Assembly: GCA_050257435.1 (NCBI GenBank)
Contig: JBLMWW010000092.1
Location: 1-51,423 of the forward strand
Direction: 5' to 3'
DNA from: Rudaea sp.
GTDB taxonomy: Bacteria; Pseudomonadota; Gammaproteobacteria; Burkholderiales; Casimicrobiaceae
Length of the DNA stretch: 51,423 nt
Below, in pieces: positions 40,533 to 49,264 of the stretch. Under the pieces are notes generated by a model, which worked only from the letters and a program-made list of their open reading frames with translations, ran no database searches and had not been told where the DNA came from. Both the position numbers and the translations under genes were made by a program. Numbering within the stretch: the first letter of the stretch is position 1; the number at the start of each line of letters is the position of its first letter.

Positions 40533-43055
40533 TCAGCCCGCTACCGCTACGATTGGGAAGGACGCCGGCGGCGGGGCGGGCGCGCAGGCCACGTCACCAC
40601 GCGCGGGTCGCGAAAGCCGCCACGCGTTGGCGACGACGGCGAGCGACGACACCGACATGCCGAACGCCGCCGCGAGCGGCGAGAGGTGACCGGTCGCCGC
40701 AAGCGGAATCGCCACGACGTTGTAGAGCGCTGCCCACGCCAGGTTCTGGCGGATCACGCGAAACGTGCGCCGCGCCGCGTCGACGGCGAACGCGACGCGT
40801 GCCAGATCGTCGCCCAGGACGACGATATCGGCGGTCCAGCGCGTGAGCGTCGCCGCGCTGCCGAGCGCGATCGAAACGTCGGCGCACGCGAGGCTCGGCG
40901 CGTCGTTGATGCCGTCGCCGACCATCGCGACGCGCGCGCCGCGGCCTTGCAGCGCCGCGACGAACGCGCGCTTGGCGTCGGGCGATGCGTCGGCGCGCCA
41001 ATCGGCGACGCCGATCGCGCGCGCGGCGTCGCCGACGGTGTCGGCCCGATCGCCGGAGAGCAGCGTCACGCCGATGCCGGACGCGCGCAGCGCCGCGACG
41101 AGCGACGCGGCTTCCGGGCGAATCGCGTCGTCGAAGCGGAACGTCGCGAGATACCGGCCTTCGGCCGCGAGCCCGACGCGAGTCGCTGGCGCCAGCGCGT
41201 CGTCGCCCGGCACGACGCCACCGAGCGCGGCCACCCAGTCGGCGCGGCCGAAGCGATAGCGCAGGCCGTCGATCGTGCCCTCGACACCCTGCCCCGGCGT
41301 CGCGACGACGTCGCGCGCGACGACGTCGCCTGCGGCACGATCGTCGAGCGCGCGGGCGAGCGGATGCGACGCGCCGCGCTCCAGCGCGGCTGCGATCGCG
41401 ACGCAGCGGTCGGCGTCGACGCCGCCCGCAGGCTCGACGCCACCAAGACGCAGGTGCCCGGTCGTCACCGTTCCCGTCTTGTCGAGCACGACGTGCGTCA
41501 CGCCCGCGAGGCGCTCGAGGGCGTCCGGGCGTACGCACAGGATGCCGCGCCGGCCGAGGGCCCCGGCGGCGCTGGCGAGCGCCGCCGGCGTCGCGAGCGA
41601 CAGGGCGCACGGGCACGAGACGACCAGCACGGCAATGGCCACGGGCAACGCACGCGCCGGATCCAGGAACCACCAGGCGACGCCGGTCGCCGCTGCGAGC
41701 GCGAGAAGACACGCGACGAAGACCGTCGCCACCCGCTCGGCGAGGCGCGCCACCTGCGGCCGCTCCGCGGCGGCGCGCTCGACCAGACGCGCGAGATGGG
41801 CGAGGGTCGTCGCCTCCCCCGCGGCGTCGACCCGGACGGTCAGCGGACTCTCGCGGTTGACCGAGCCCGCCAGCACGCGCTCGCCGATGCCTTTCGCGCG
41901 CGGCCAGCTCTCGCCGGTCAGCAACGCTTCCTCGACGCTCGAGCGTCCTTCCAGGACGACACCGTCCGCGGGGACGATGGCGCCCGCGGGCACGCGCACG
42001 ACGTCGCCGCGAACCAGGCGCGTCGCCGCGACCGTGCACGTGACGCGTCGCTCCGGATAGCCGTCGAGTCGCTCGGCGGTGGCGGGCAGGTCGCGCGCGG
42101 TCGCCTCGAGGGCATCGCCGGCACGCTCGCGCATGCGCAACTCGAGCCAGCGGGCGGCGAGCACGAGTGCGACGAACATGGTGACCGAATCGAAATAGAC
42201 GGCGCCCTCGCCGGACACGGTCGCGAACGCGCTCGCGAGGAACGCGGCGCCGACGCCGAGCGCGATCGGCACGTCCATGCCCGGCCGACCGGTGCGAAGG
42301 TCGCGCCAGGCCCCGGCGAAGAACGGCGCGGCGCAATAGCCGACGACGGGAAGTGCGAGCGCGAGGCTCGCCCAGTCGAGCAGCCGCCGGTATTCGGGCG
42401 CGACGCCGTCCGCGCTGAGGTACGCCGGCACGGCGAACATCATCACCTGCATCATGCCGAGGAGCGCGAGCGCGGTGCGCAGGAGCAGCGTGCGGCTTTC
42501 ACGGCGCACCAGCGCCTCGCGGCGGGCGGGATCGTACGGATAGGCGCGGTAGCCGACGCGCGAGAACGCGTCGAGGATGGCGCGAAGGTCGGCGCTTCCG
42601 ACGTCGAAACGCACGCGTGCGCGCCGCGTGGCGAAATTCACCGCAACGCTCGCCACACCCGGCTGGCGCGCAAGCCACGTCTCGAGCAGCCATACGCATG
42701 CGCCGCAGCGCATGCCGTCGACCAGGAGCGCGACCTCCCGCAGGCCGCCGCCGGCGTCGACGATCAGGCCTTCGGCGGCCGCCGCCTCGCTGGTGCGCTC
42801 GGCGTCGCCCGCGGCGACGTCGCTGCGCGGCGAGGCGCCCTCGCGGCGCGCATAGAATGCGGAGAGCCCGGCGGCGCGGATCGTCTGCGCCACCGCCAGG
42901 CAGCCCGCGCAGCAGAAGCTCGCATCGACGCCGTCGATCGTCGCTCGCCACGGCGTTTGCGCCGGGTTCTCGTCTCCGCAGTGAAAGCAAGCCGACCGCG
43001 CGCTCGCGACGGTGCGGGCCGCTGCGGGGTCGTCTCGCATCCCCTGCTCCGCCAC
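40533..43055 (-). CDS. ccoI: Cu-translocating P1B-type ATPase CcoI/FixI
   Basis: CFHCG...CCAGC, GMRCGAC, TGES, SCPCAL, DKTGT, GDGINDAP, YN. Confidence 0.93.
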   Translation of the reverse strand: MAEQGMRDDPAAARTVASARSACFHCGDENPAQTPWRATIDGVDASFCCAGCLAVAQTIRAAGLSAFYARREGASPRSDVAAGDAERTSEAAAAEGLIVDAGGGLREVALLVDGMRCGACVWLLETWLARQPGVASVAVNFATRRARVRFDVGSADLRAILDAFSRVGYRAYPYDPARREALVRRESRTLLLRTALALLGMMQVMMFAVPAYLSADGVAPEYRRLLDWASLALALPVVGYCAAPFFAGAWRDLRTGRPGMDVPIALGVGAAFLASAFATVSGEGAVYFDSVTMFVALVLAARWLELRMRERAGDALEATARDLPATAERLDGYPERRVTCTVAATRLVRGDVVRVPAGAIVPADGVVLEGRSSVEEALLTGESWPRAKGIGERVLAGSVNRESPLTVRVDAAGEATTLAHLARLVERAAAERPQVARLAERVATVFVACLLALAAATGVAWWFLDPARALPVAIAVLVVSCPCALSLATPAALASAAGALGRRGILCVRPDALERLAGVTHVVLDKTGTVTTGHLRLGGVEPAGGVDADRCVAIAAALERGASHPLARALDDRAAGDVVARDVVATPGQGVEGTIDGLRYRFGRADWVAALGGVVPGDDALAPATRVGLAAEGRYLATFRFDDAIRPEAASLVAALRASGIGVTLLSGDRADTVGDAARAIGVADWRADASPDAKRAFVAALQGRGARVAMVGDGINDAPSLACADVSIALGSAATLTRWTADIVVLGDDLARVAFAVDAARRTFRVIRQNLAWAALYNVVAIPLAATGHLSPLAAAFGMSVSSLAVVANAWRLSRPARGDVACAPAPPPASFPIVAVAG

Positions 43056-43065
43056 GTGCCCCCGG

Positions 43066-43509
43066 CTAGCGCAGCACCAGCACCGGCATGTCGCTGTGCG
43101 TGAGCACCTTGTGCGTCTCGCTGCCCAGGAGCACGCCCTGCACGCCGCGGCGGCCGTGCGAGGCCATGCAGATCAGGTCGCACTTCTTCTTCTTCGCCGT
43201 CGCGATCACCTGCTTCCAGACGTCGTTGCCCTGGGCGAGCACCGAGTCGATGGCGATGCCGGCGGGCTCGGCGAGCTTCTTGATGCCGGCGAAGATCTGG
43301 TCGGCTTCGGCGCGCGCCTGGTTCTCGTGCGCCTCCTCGAGCACGTCCTCGGCAGGACCGAACGTGCCATAGGGGCTGCCGGAGAACTTGGGGTAGACAT
43401 GCAACGCGGTTATCTTCGCGTTCGTGATCTTCGCAAGCTGGATCGCTTCCTTGACCGCCTTTTGCGAGAGCTTGGAGCCGTCGGTCGGCACGAGGATATT
43501 CTTGAACAT
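43066..43509 (-). CDS. Universal stress protein
   Basis: MFKNILVPTDGS...DLICMASHGRRG...LLGSETHKVL. Confidence 0.93.
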   Translation of the reverse strand: MFKNILVPTDGSKLSQKAVKEAIQLAKITNAKITALHVYPKFSGSPYGTFGPAEDVLEEAHENQARAEADQIFAGIKKLAEPAGIAIDSVLAQGNDVWKQVIATAKKKKCDLICMASHGRRGVQGVLLGSETHKVLTHSDMPVLVLR

Positions 43510-43588
43510 GGCTGCTCCGTCGGGGAGTGGGTCGCCCGCGAGGCGCGAGCAACCCTTGGATTTTCCCGCAGCTTCCGCGCCCACGCTA

Positions 43589-43602
43589 TTGATCTGCGAC
43601 AA
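43589..43602. promoter_or_regulatory. FNR-type box between divergent USP genes
   Basis: TTGAT-CTGC-GACAA; candidate -10 GAAAAT at 43565-43560 on the minus strand (23-nt gap). Confidence 0.7.
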
Positions 43603-43641
43603 TTTTCGTTGACGCCCGTCCCCGGCGCGAGGAGGAAGACG

Positions 43642-44073
43642 ATGCTCAAAGTGTTGCTACCCGTCGATGGCTCGCCGAGTGCGGTCCGCGCGACGCAAAA
43701 GCTCATCGACACGCTCGCCTGGTACAAGGAGCTGCCGACGATCGACCTCGTCGCGGTGCACCTGCCCGTGCCCAGGGTCCCGAACATGGGCGCGTTCGTC
43801 AGCAAGGAGATGATCGAGAAGTACTACGACGACGAATGCGAGGCGATGCTCGCGCCGAGCCGCAAGCTGCTGGATGCCGCCGGCGTCGCGTACACGGCGC
43901 ATCGGCTGGTCGGGCCGATCGCGGAGACGATCGTGGAGCGCGCGACCCAATCGGGCTCCGACATGATCTGCATGGGCACGCGCGGCATGTCTGCGCTCGC
44001 CAACATGGCGCTCGGATCGGTCACCACGCGCGTGCTGCACCTGTCCCACGTCCCCGTGTTGCTGATCCACTGA
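43642..44073 (+). CDS. Universal stress protein
   Basis: SD GAGGAGG; MLKVLLPVDGS...MICMGTRG...LGSVTTRVLH. Confidence 0.93.
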   Translation: MLKVLLPVDGSPSAVRATQKLIDTLAWYKELPTIDLVAVHLPVPRVPNMGAFVSKEMIEKYYDDECEAMLAPSRKLLDAAGVAYTAHRLVGPIAETIVERATQSGSDMICMGTRGMSALANMALGSVTTRVLHLSHVPVLLIH

Positions 44074-44110
44074 CCCTCGGCGGCGCGGCCCCGGCGCAAG
44101 CGTGGATGCA

Positions 44111-44145
44111 ATGAAAACGGCCGCGCCCCGGGCGGGACGCGGCCG
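44111..44145 (-). terminator. Rho-independent terminator of the CHRD gene
   Basis: Minus strand CGGCCGCGTCCC-GCCC-GGGGCGCGGCCG followed by TTTTCATT. Confidence 0.75.
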
Positions 44146-44164
44146 CTTCGGGGGAACGTTGCCG

Positions 44165-44596
44165 TTACGGCTTGAGCTGCGCGCGCACTTCGCCGCCGGG
44201 ATGCGCGGCGCTGTGGATGTTGACGTAGAGATCGCCGGCCTTGAACGCCTGCATCTGCTCGGGCGAGAGCTTGGCGCCGGCGGGAGCGCTGAACTTGTCG
44301 CCTTCCTTCGTGAACGGGACGATGACCGGCCCGTTCTTCCCCGCCGCGCCGTGGTGGATGTGCGCGGCGGTGGGCGCGAAGCCGCTTGCGGTGACGCTCC
44401 CGCTCACGCTGCCGTCGTCGTTGATCGTGATCGACCCGCTGCCGGAGCCGCTCGTCGTCACCGGCGGGACTTCCTGAGCGCCGGAGAGCTTGAGGTCCAT
44501 GGTGGCGGCGAGCGCCGTGGTGGACGCAAAGGCGAGCACCGCGGCAAGCGGCCAGACGCCAAGACGCGCGAGATTCGATTTGCGAAGCGCTTTCAT
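44165..44596 (-). CDS. Secreted CHRD-domain protein
   Basis: SD GGAGG; signal peptide; LSGAQEVPPV, AAHIH, GPVI, LYVNIHS, PGGEVRAQL. Confidence 0.9.
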   Translation of the reverse strand: MKALRKSNLARLGVWPLAAVLAFASTTALAATMDLKLSGAQEVPPVTTSGSGSGSITINDDGSVSGSVTASGFAPTAAHIHHGAAGKNGPVIVPFTKEGDKFSAPAGAKLSPEQMQAFKAGDLYVNIHSAAHPGGEVRAQLKP

Positions 44597-44827
44597 GAAA
44601 CCTCCTGGAAGTTGGGTCCCGGACGCGGGGGCGCCGGGCGGGTCGTAAGGTGCGGCGTTGGTAAACAGCGCGTGGGAGGCGGTTATTCCCCGTGTCCCCT
44701 TCGCCTTGGATCGCGCCCGGCCGGCGCCGTTCGCTGCCATGCGTCGCCCCGCATGGGACTTCGGTCGAGGGTACATGCCTTGGGGCGCCATTCGCTCAAC
44801 CCAAGCGGTATGCTTGCCCGTCGCGCC

Positions 44828-44911
44828 GCCCGGGTGGCGAAACAGGTAGACGCAAGGGACTTAAAATCCCTCGGCCGCAAGGCCATGCCGGTTCGAGTCC
44901 GGCCTCGGGCA
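44828..44911 (+). tRNA. tRNA-Leu (anticodon UAA), CCA not encoded
   Basis: Acceptor stem GCCCGGG/CTCGGGC, D-loop with GG, anticodon arm AGGGA-CTTAAAA-TCCCT, long variable arm, T arm GCCGG-TTCGAGT-CCGGC, discriminator A. Confidence 0.96.
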
Positions 44912-45025
44912 CTCCGCGTACCGTAGGAACGAAAATCAGAAGGCGTCCTACAGACGTTGCAGGAACGTTCAACTGCAATGGCAGCTTGTCACCATAGCGC
45001 GCCTGCCGCGTCCTGCAGCGAAGCA

Positions 45026-45376
45026 ATGAAGCGGTGCCCCGCCTGCCAAAGCACGAACGTGCGTCGATCCGGCTGCTGTTCGGAGGAAAAGCTGACCCAC
45101 GCGCTGCACTCGCCCTATCGGTGCAACGACTGCGATACGCGCTTCTGGCTTCTCAGCCGAAGCGCACGGAAAAGCGCATGGGTCGCCGGTGCGTTGGTGT
45201 CGGTCGCGATGCTCTTCGTCGTCGGCGCAACGCTGCTGCACGGGGCCACCGACGCGGCATCGACCACCAGCGACGCACCCTCACCCGGCGTCTCGTCGCC
45301 GGCGGGTTCCGCCCTGACCGATGGGTCGTCCGCATCCAGTGTCCCGATGGCGGCGATCGTGTCGCCGCCCCGCTAG
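45026..45376 (+). CDS. Small Zn-ribbon protein with one TM helix
   Basis: MKRCPACQS...YRCNDCDTRF, then a hydrophobic helix and a Ser/Ala-rich tail; start uncertain. Confidence 0.65.
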   Translation: MKRCPACQSTNVRRSGCCSEEKLTHALHSPYRCNDCDTRFWLLSRSARKSAWVAGALVSVAMLFVVGATLLHGATDAASTTSDAPSPGVSSPAGSALTDGSSASSVPMAAIVSPPR

Positions 45377-45494
45377 AGCCAGGCACTTCCGCTCGCGCAT
45401 CGCCGCTCCCTTGGCGACGGCCAGTGACCGTCGCCGGGCGGGGCAGCAAGAAGGCAGTGTTGACCGCGGGGGCTACGCCGGTGCGTGCCGCGAG

Positions 45495-46658
45495 ATGGCG
45501 ACCCGCGTGGTCGAGAGCAGCGTGACGCATCGGGCAACGCGTGCGGCGCGCGGCGACGTCGTCGTGCTCAGGAATGGCGACACGCCACGCGCGGCGCATG
45601 ACTACGCAGCGTGTTGCGCGCTCGCGCGCCGACTGGCGGCACTGAAGGGCTACGCATTCGCGGGGGAGCACGACGCGCGCGCGCACCGGGACCCCCTGCG
45701 CCACCGCTACTTCGTGCCGCTCGACACCGTCGTCGGGGCGGAGGTCGCGCACGCGCTCGGCATCGCCGACGCGCACGACCTTTTCGGGGGCGTCGTTCCG
45801 CATGCGTTCGTCGCGACGAAGTGCATCAGCCATCCGCTCGTCGACGATCGCGCCGACGCGCCGCCCGGGTGGTCGCACGCATTCGCGCGCCGTGTGGACG
45901 GCGTCGTGCTGGCCGGCTTTGCCGCGTTCACCCCCGAGCAGGCGGTCGTCGCCGGCACGAAGTTGCTCGCGCACGGGACGATGCGCGTCAAGCGTGCGCT
46001 CGGTATCGGCGGAGCGGGACAGTCCGTCGTCCACGACCGCGCCGGTCTCGAGCGAGCCGTCGCGGCGATCGACGCGGACGAGATCGCGCATTTCGGCGTC
46101 GTGGTCGAGCAGGACCTCGCCGACGTGACGACGTACAGCATCGGCCAGGTGCGCGTCGACGATACGCTGCTCACGTACAGCGGCACGCAGCAGGTCACGC
46201 GGAACACTGCCGGTCACGAGGTGTACGGAGGCTCGGACCTCCTCGTCGCGCGCGGCGGTTTCGATGCGCTGCTCGCACTCGTTCGGACCGACACCGAGCG
46301 ACGCGCGATCGAGCAGGCGCGCGTCTACGATCGCGCGGCGTTCGACTGTTTTCGCGGGATGTTCGCGTCGCGCCGCAATTACGACGTCGCGCACGGCCGC
46401 GATGCCCGCGGGCGCGCGTGCTCGGGCGTGCTCGAGCAGTCGTGGCGCATCGGCGGGGCGAGCGGTGCCGAGATCGCTGCGCTCGCGGCGCTGCGCGCCG
46501 ACGCCTCGCTTTGCGCGGTGCGCGCCAGGTCGAGGGAGGTGTACGGAGACGCCGAGCCGCTGCCGCCGGGCGCCGACGTGCATTACCGCGGCACCGATGC
46601 GCACGGCGGCGCATTCATGAAGTACTCGCTGGCGATGCCCTATGCCGACGCGCGATGA
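45495..46658 (+). CDS. DUF3182-like protein (probable ATP-grasp-related fold)
   Basis: DLFGGVVPHAFVATKCISHPL, VKRALGIGGAGQ, VYGGSDL, RRNYDVA, LEQSWRIGGAS; family recognised from memory. Confidence 0.75.
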   Translation: MATRVVESSVTHRATRAARGDVVVLRNGDTPRAAHDYAACCALARRLAALKGYAFAGEHDARAHRDPLRHRYFVPLDTVVGAEVAHALGIADAHDLFGGVVPHAFVATKCISHPLVDDRADAPPGWSHAFARRVDGVVLAGFAAFTPEQAVVAGTKLLAHGTMRVKRALGIGGAGQSVVHDRAGLERAVAAIDADEIAHFGVVVEQDLADVTTYSIGQVRVDDTLLTYSGTQQVTRNTAGHEVYGGSDLLVARGGFDALLALVRTDTERRAIEQARVYDRAAFDCFRGMFASRRNYDVAHGRDARGRACSGVLEQSWRIGGASGAEIAALAALRADASLCAVRARSREVYGDAEPLPPGADVHYRGTDAHGGAFMKYSLAMPYADAR

Positions 46659-47442
46659 GACGTTGCAACTCGAGGTGGGCGACCGCCGCATCGCCGCGAC
46701 GCTGATCGTCCCCGACACGCGCATGCCCGGCGTGCTGTTCCTGCACGGCTGGGGCGGCGACCAGCGACAATATGCAGCGCGCGCGAGAGAGATCGCCGCG
46801 CTCGGCTGCGCGTGCCTGACCGTCGACATGCGCGGCCATGCCGAGACGGTGCGCGAGCACGCCACGGTCACGCGCGAGGACAACCTGCGCGATGCGCTCG
46901 CCGCGTACGACCGGCTCGTCGCCGAAATCGCCGTCGACGACGACCAGATCGCCGTCGTCGGCAGCAGCTACGGCGGCTACCTCGCGACGATCCTGACGAC
47001 GCTGCGGCCGGTCAAATGGATGGCACTCCGTGCGCCCGCGCTCTACAAGGACAGCGACTGGGACGCGCCCAAGCTCGCGCTGCGTCAATTGCAGAACCTC
47101 GAAACCTACCGCAACGCGAAGGTCGCGGCGGCCCAGAACCGCGCCTTGCGCGCGGCGGCCGACTACCGCGGCGACGTGCTGATCGTCGAAAGCGAGCACG
47201 ACGTGATCGTCCCCCGTCCGGTCATCCAGAGCTACCGCGAGGCGTTCGTCCACACGCGCTCGCTCACCTACCGGATGATCGACGGTGCCGACCACGGGCT
47301 GACGGACCCCGAGTGCCGCGGCGCGTACACGACGATCCTCGTCAACTGGATCACGGAGATGGTCGCCGGCAAGCGCAGCGACGAGGTGACGTCGCGCACG
47401 CGGCTGCAGAACGCGATGAAGGAGGCGTCTCGCCAGAAATGA
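46642..47442 (+). CDS. Alpha/beta-fold serine hydrolase
   Basis: LFLHGWGG, GSSYGG nucleophile elbow, EHDVIVP, GADHGL; overlaps the upstream gene by 17 bp. Confidence 0.9.
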   Translation: MPTRDETLQLEVGDRRIAATLIVPDTRMPGVLFLHGWGGDQRQYAARAREIAALGCACLTVDMRGHAETVREHATVTREDNLRDALAAYDRLVAEIAVDDDQIAVVGSSYGGYLATILTTLRPVKWMALRAPALYKDSDWDAPKLALRQLQNLETYRNAKVAAAQNRALRAAADYRGDVLIVESEHDVIVPRPVIQSYREAFVHTRSLTYRMIDGADHGLTDPECRGAYTTILVNWITEMVAGKRSDEVTSRTRLQNAMKEASRQK

Positions 47443-47479
47443 TGCCGCGTCGCGTGACGCCGTGATGTCTAGCCCATGG

Positions 47480-47647
47480 CTAGGCACGCATTCCGGCCAC
47501 GGGAGCCGGAATGGAGCGCACGCCCGCCCCGGGCAGCGTGGCCGAGTCGACGGCGGCGTGCGCAAGCATGTTCTGCACGCGCACGCCGATCGGCACGCAA
47601 CCGGCCAGCAAGATCACGGCTGCGACATACACGAGCTTTCTCGCCAC
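47480..47647 (-). CDS. Putative small lipoprotein (55 aa)
   Basis: Purine-rich SD (GGAGGGGAGAAGGG) before GTG 47647; MARKLVYVAAVILLAGC lipobox. Confidence 0.55.
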   Translation of the reverse strand: MARKLVYVAAVILLAGCVPIGVRVQNMLAHAAVDSATLPGAGVRSIPAPVAGMRA

Positions 47648-47700
47648 CCCTTCTCCCCTCCGGCGAGCGCCCTCGCCGCCTCGTCCACGCCGGTCTGCCG

Positions 47701-48369
47701 CTAGTCTTGCCCGCTTCGCATCGATCCCTGCGCGAGCTTCGCGAAATCGCCCATCACGCGCTGCATCGATTCGAACGTCGACCCGCCGGACGATACGACG
47801 CCCTGCATCGCCGACACCACTTTCTTCATCTGGCTCAAGTCGGGCATGAACGCCATCGCGGCCTTCGTTTCCCTGACGCCCGGCACGCTCGGCATCTGCT
47901 CCTCCAGGAGCGTGAAGAGTCGCTTCTGGATCTCGACGATCAGGTCGAACATCTCGCCCCAATAATGCATCGACTTCTCCATCGCCTCCTGCGCGGCGCC
48001 CTGCCCCGCGGCGAGGAGCGATTGCGCATCGCGTGCCTCGGCGGCCGTGCGCGCGTGCCGGCGCTGGAATTCACGCGCCTCCTCCTCGCCCTCGAACTGC
48101 TTGCGGCGCACCTTCGCGGTGCCTTCGATCGCCGCATTGATCACCTGGAGCGCGAGCTCGGCGTTCGCCTTGTACATCTCGATCGCCTGCTCGGGGGTCA
48201 TCATTTTCGCCATCTTCGACATGTCGGCGAACGCGGGCAGCGCAGCGGTCCCCGACTGCTTCGTCGCGCGCGCCGCCTCGGCCGCGCCGGCCGGCGGTCC
48301 GGACCGCTTGCGCGCCGGTGCCTTGCGCGGGCCCTGGTTGTCCCTGGTTGTCGCTGTCTTCCTCGCCAT
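47701..48369 (-). CDS. Phasin-family protein with a basic Lys/Arg/Ala-rich N-terminal extension
   Basis: SD AAGGAG; amphipathic helical core (TPEQAIEMYKANAELAL...AMEKSMHYWGEMFDL); resemblance to phasins by eye. Confidence 0.65.
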   Translation of the reverse strand: MARKTATTRDNQGPRKAPARKRSGPPAGAAEAARATKQSGTAALPAFADMSKMAKMMTPEQAIEMYKANAELALQVINAAIEGTAKVRRKQFEGEEEAREFQRRHARTAAEARDAQSLLAAGQGAAQEAMEKSMHYWGEMFDLIVEIQKRLFTLLEEQMPSVPGVRETKAAMAFMPDLSQMKKVVSAMQGVVSSGGSTFESMQRVMGDFAKLAQGSMRSGQD

Positions 48370-48514
48370 GACGGACTCCTTCGTGCGTGATGATGGGTGC
48401 CGCTGCCACGCCAGCGTGCATGAGACGCCCGGCGCGCGCTTTCGTCAAGGCGAGCCGCCGGGCCATCGGTCCTGCGCCGCGTGGCGCACGGCGCGGCAGT
48501 TCGCGAAAAGGCCC

Positions 48515-48528
48515 TTGACGTGGGTCAA
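48515..48528 (+). promoter_or_regulatory. FNR-type box upstream of the hemerythrin-like gene
   Basis: TTGAC-GTGG-GTCAA; -10 TATCGT at 48551-48556 (22-nt gap). Confidence 0.82.
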
Positions 48529-48592
48529 CGTCGTGCGCCCCGACGGGCGCTATCGTGCCGAGCGGCCTCCTGTTCGTCGCGCCGACAACGTC

Positions 48593-49174
48593 GTGAACGC
48601 CATCGGCATCATTCATTCCGAGCACCGCTCGCTCGCCGCGGTGCTGCATGCGATGCTCTACTTCGTGCGCGAGATACGACTGCACGGCACCGCGCCCGAC
48701 TTCCGCCTGTTCGGGGCCATGGTCTACTACATCGATACGTTCCCCGAGCGCTTCCACCATCCGAAGGAGGATGCCTACCTCTTCCGCTTCCTGCTCGAGC
48801 GCTATCCCGACGCCCAGCCGCTCGTCGACCGGCTCGCGGCCGAGCATCGCGCCGGCGCGGAGCGCATCGGTGCGCTCACTCAGGCGCTCGAGCGCTACCG
48901 CGCCGGCGGGCATGCCGAATTCGCGCCCTTCGCGCAAGCGGTGCACGCGTACGCGAACTTCCACTGGGATCACATGCGCCTCGAGGAGGACCGCCTGCTG
49001 CCGCTCGCTCGCACGCATCTTCGTGCCGAGGACTGGCAGGCGATCGACGCCGCGTTCGCGGGCAACGTCGATCCGCTGCTCGGCGCCGAGCCGGCGGCCG
49101 AATTCGACGCGCTGTTCCGGCGCATCGTGGCGCTGGCGCCGCCGCCGATGGGCGTCGGTTCCGCACGCGACTGA
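48593..49174 (+). CDS. Hemerythrin/HHE cation-binding domain protein
   Basis: SEHRSL, ERFHHPKEDAYLF, AEHRAG, WDHMRLEE; GTG start inferred. Confidence 0.88.
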   Translation: MNAIGIIHSEHRSLAAVLHAMLYFVREIRLHGTAPDFRLFGAMVYYIDTFPERFHHPKEDAYLFRFLLERYPDAQPLVDRLAAEHRAGAERIGALTQALERYRAGGHAEFAPFAQAVHAYANFHWDHMRLEEDRLLPLARTHLRAEDWQAIDAAFAGNVDPLLGAEPAAEFDALFRRIVALAPPPMGVGSARD

Positions 49175-49205
49175 CGAAGCGCGATCACGCCGCCGCAGGC
49201 ACCGC

Positions 49206-49233
49206 TTGACGCGACGGCGGTGCCGTCTATAAT
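49206..49233 (+). promoter_or_regulatory. Sigma70 promoter of lexA
   Basis: TTGACG (49206-49211), 16-nt spacer, TATAAT (49228-49233). Confidence 0.85.
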
Positions 49234-49236
49234 CAT

Positions 49237-49260
49237 GGTACCGGATATCCATACGGTACC
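49237..49260. promoter_or_regulatory. Candidate non-canonical LexA operator
   Basis: GGTACCG-GATATCCATA-CGGTACC palindrome just downstream of the -10; SOS-box geometry with CCG replacing CTG in both halves. Confidence 0.78.
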
Positions 49261-49264
49261 TTCG

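Noticed and set aside
35531-43103. Long plus-strand ORFs over the cco cluster (35531..38176, 38779..40326, 40368..43103)
   Set aside because: Antisense shadows of unambiguous cco genes.
44828-47460. tRNA-anchored genomic island or prophage
   Set aside because: No integrase, no duplicated tRNA 3' end noticed, and downstream genes look compositionally similar to the rest of the window.
49237-49260. Two GGTACC (KpnI) sites as a cloning artefact or chance palindrome
   Set aside because: Position over the lexA +1, SOS-box spacing and the matching helix substitutions favour an operator; it is kept as a finding under that reading.
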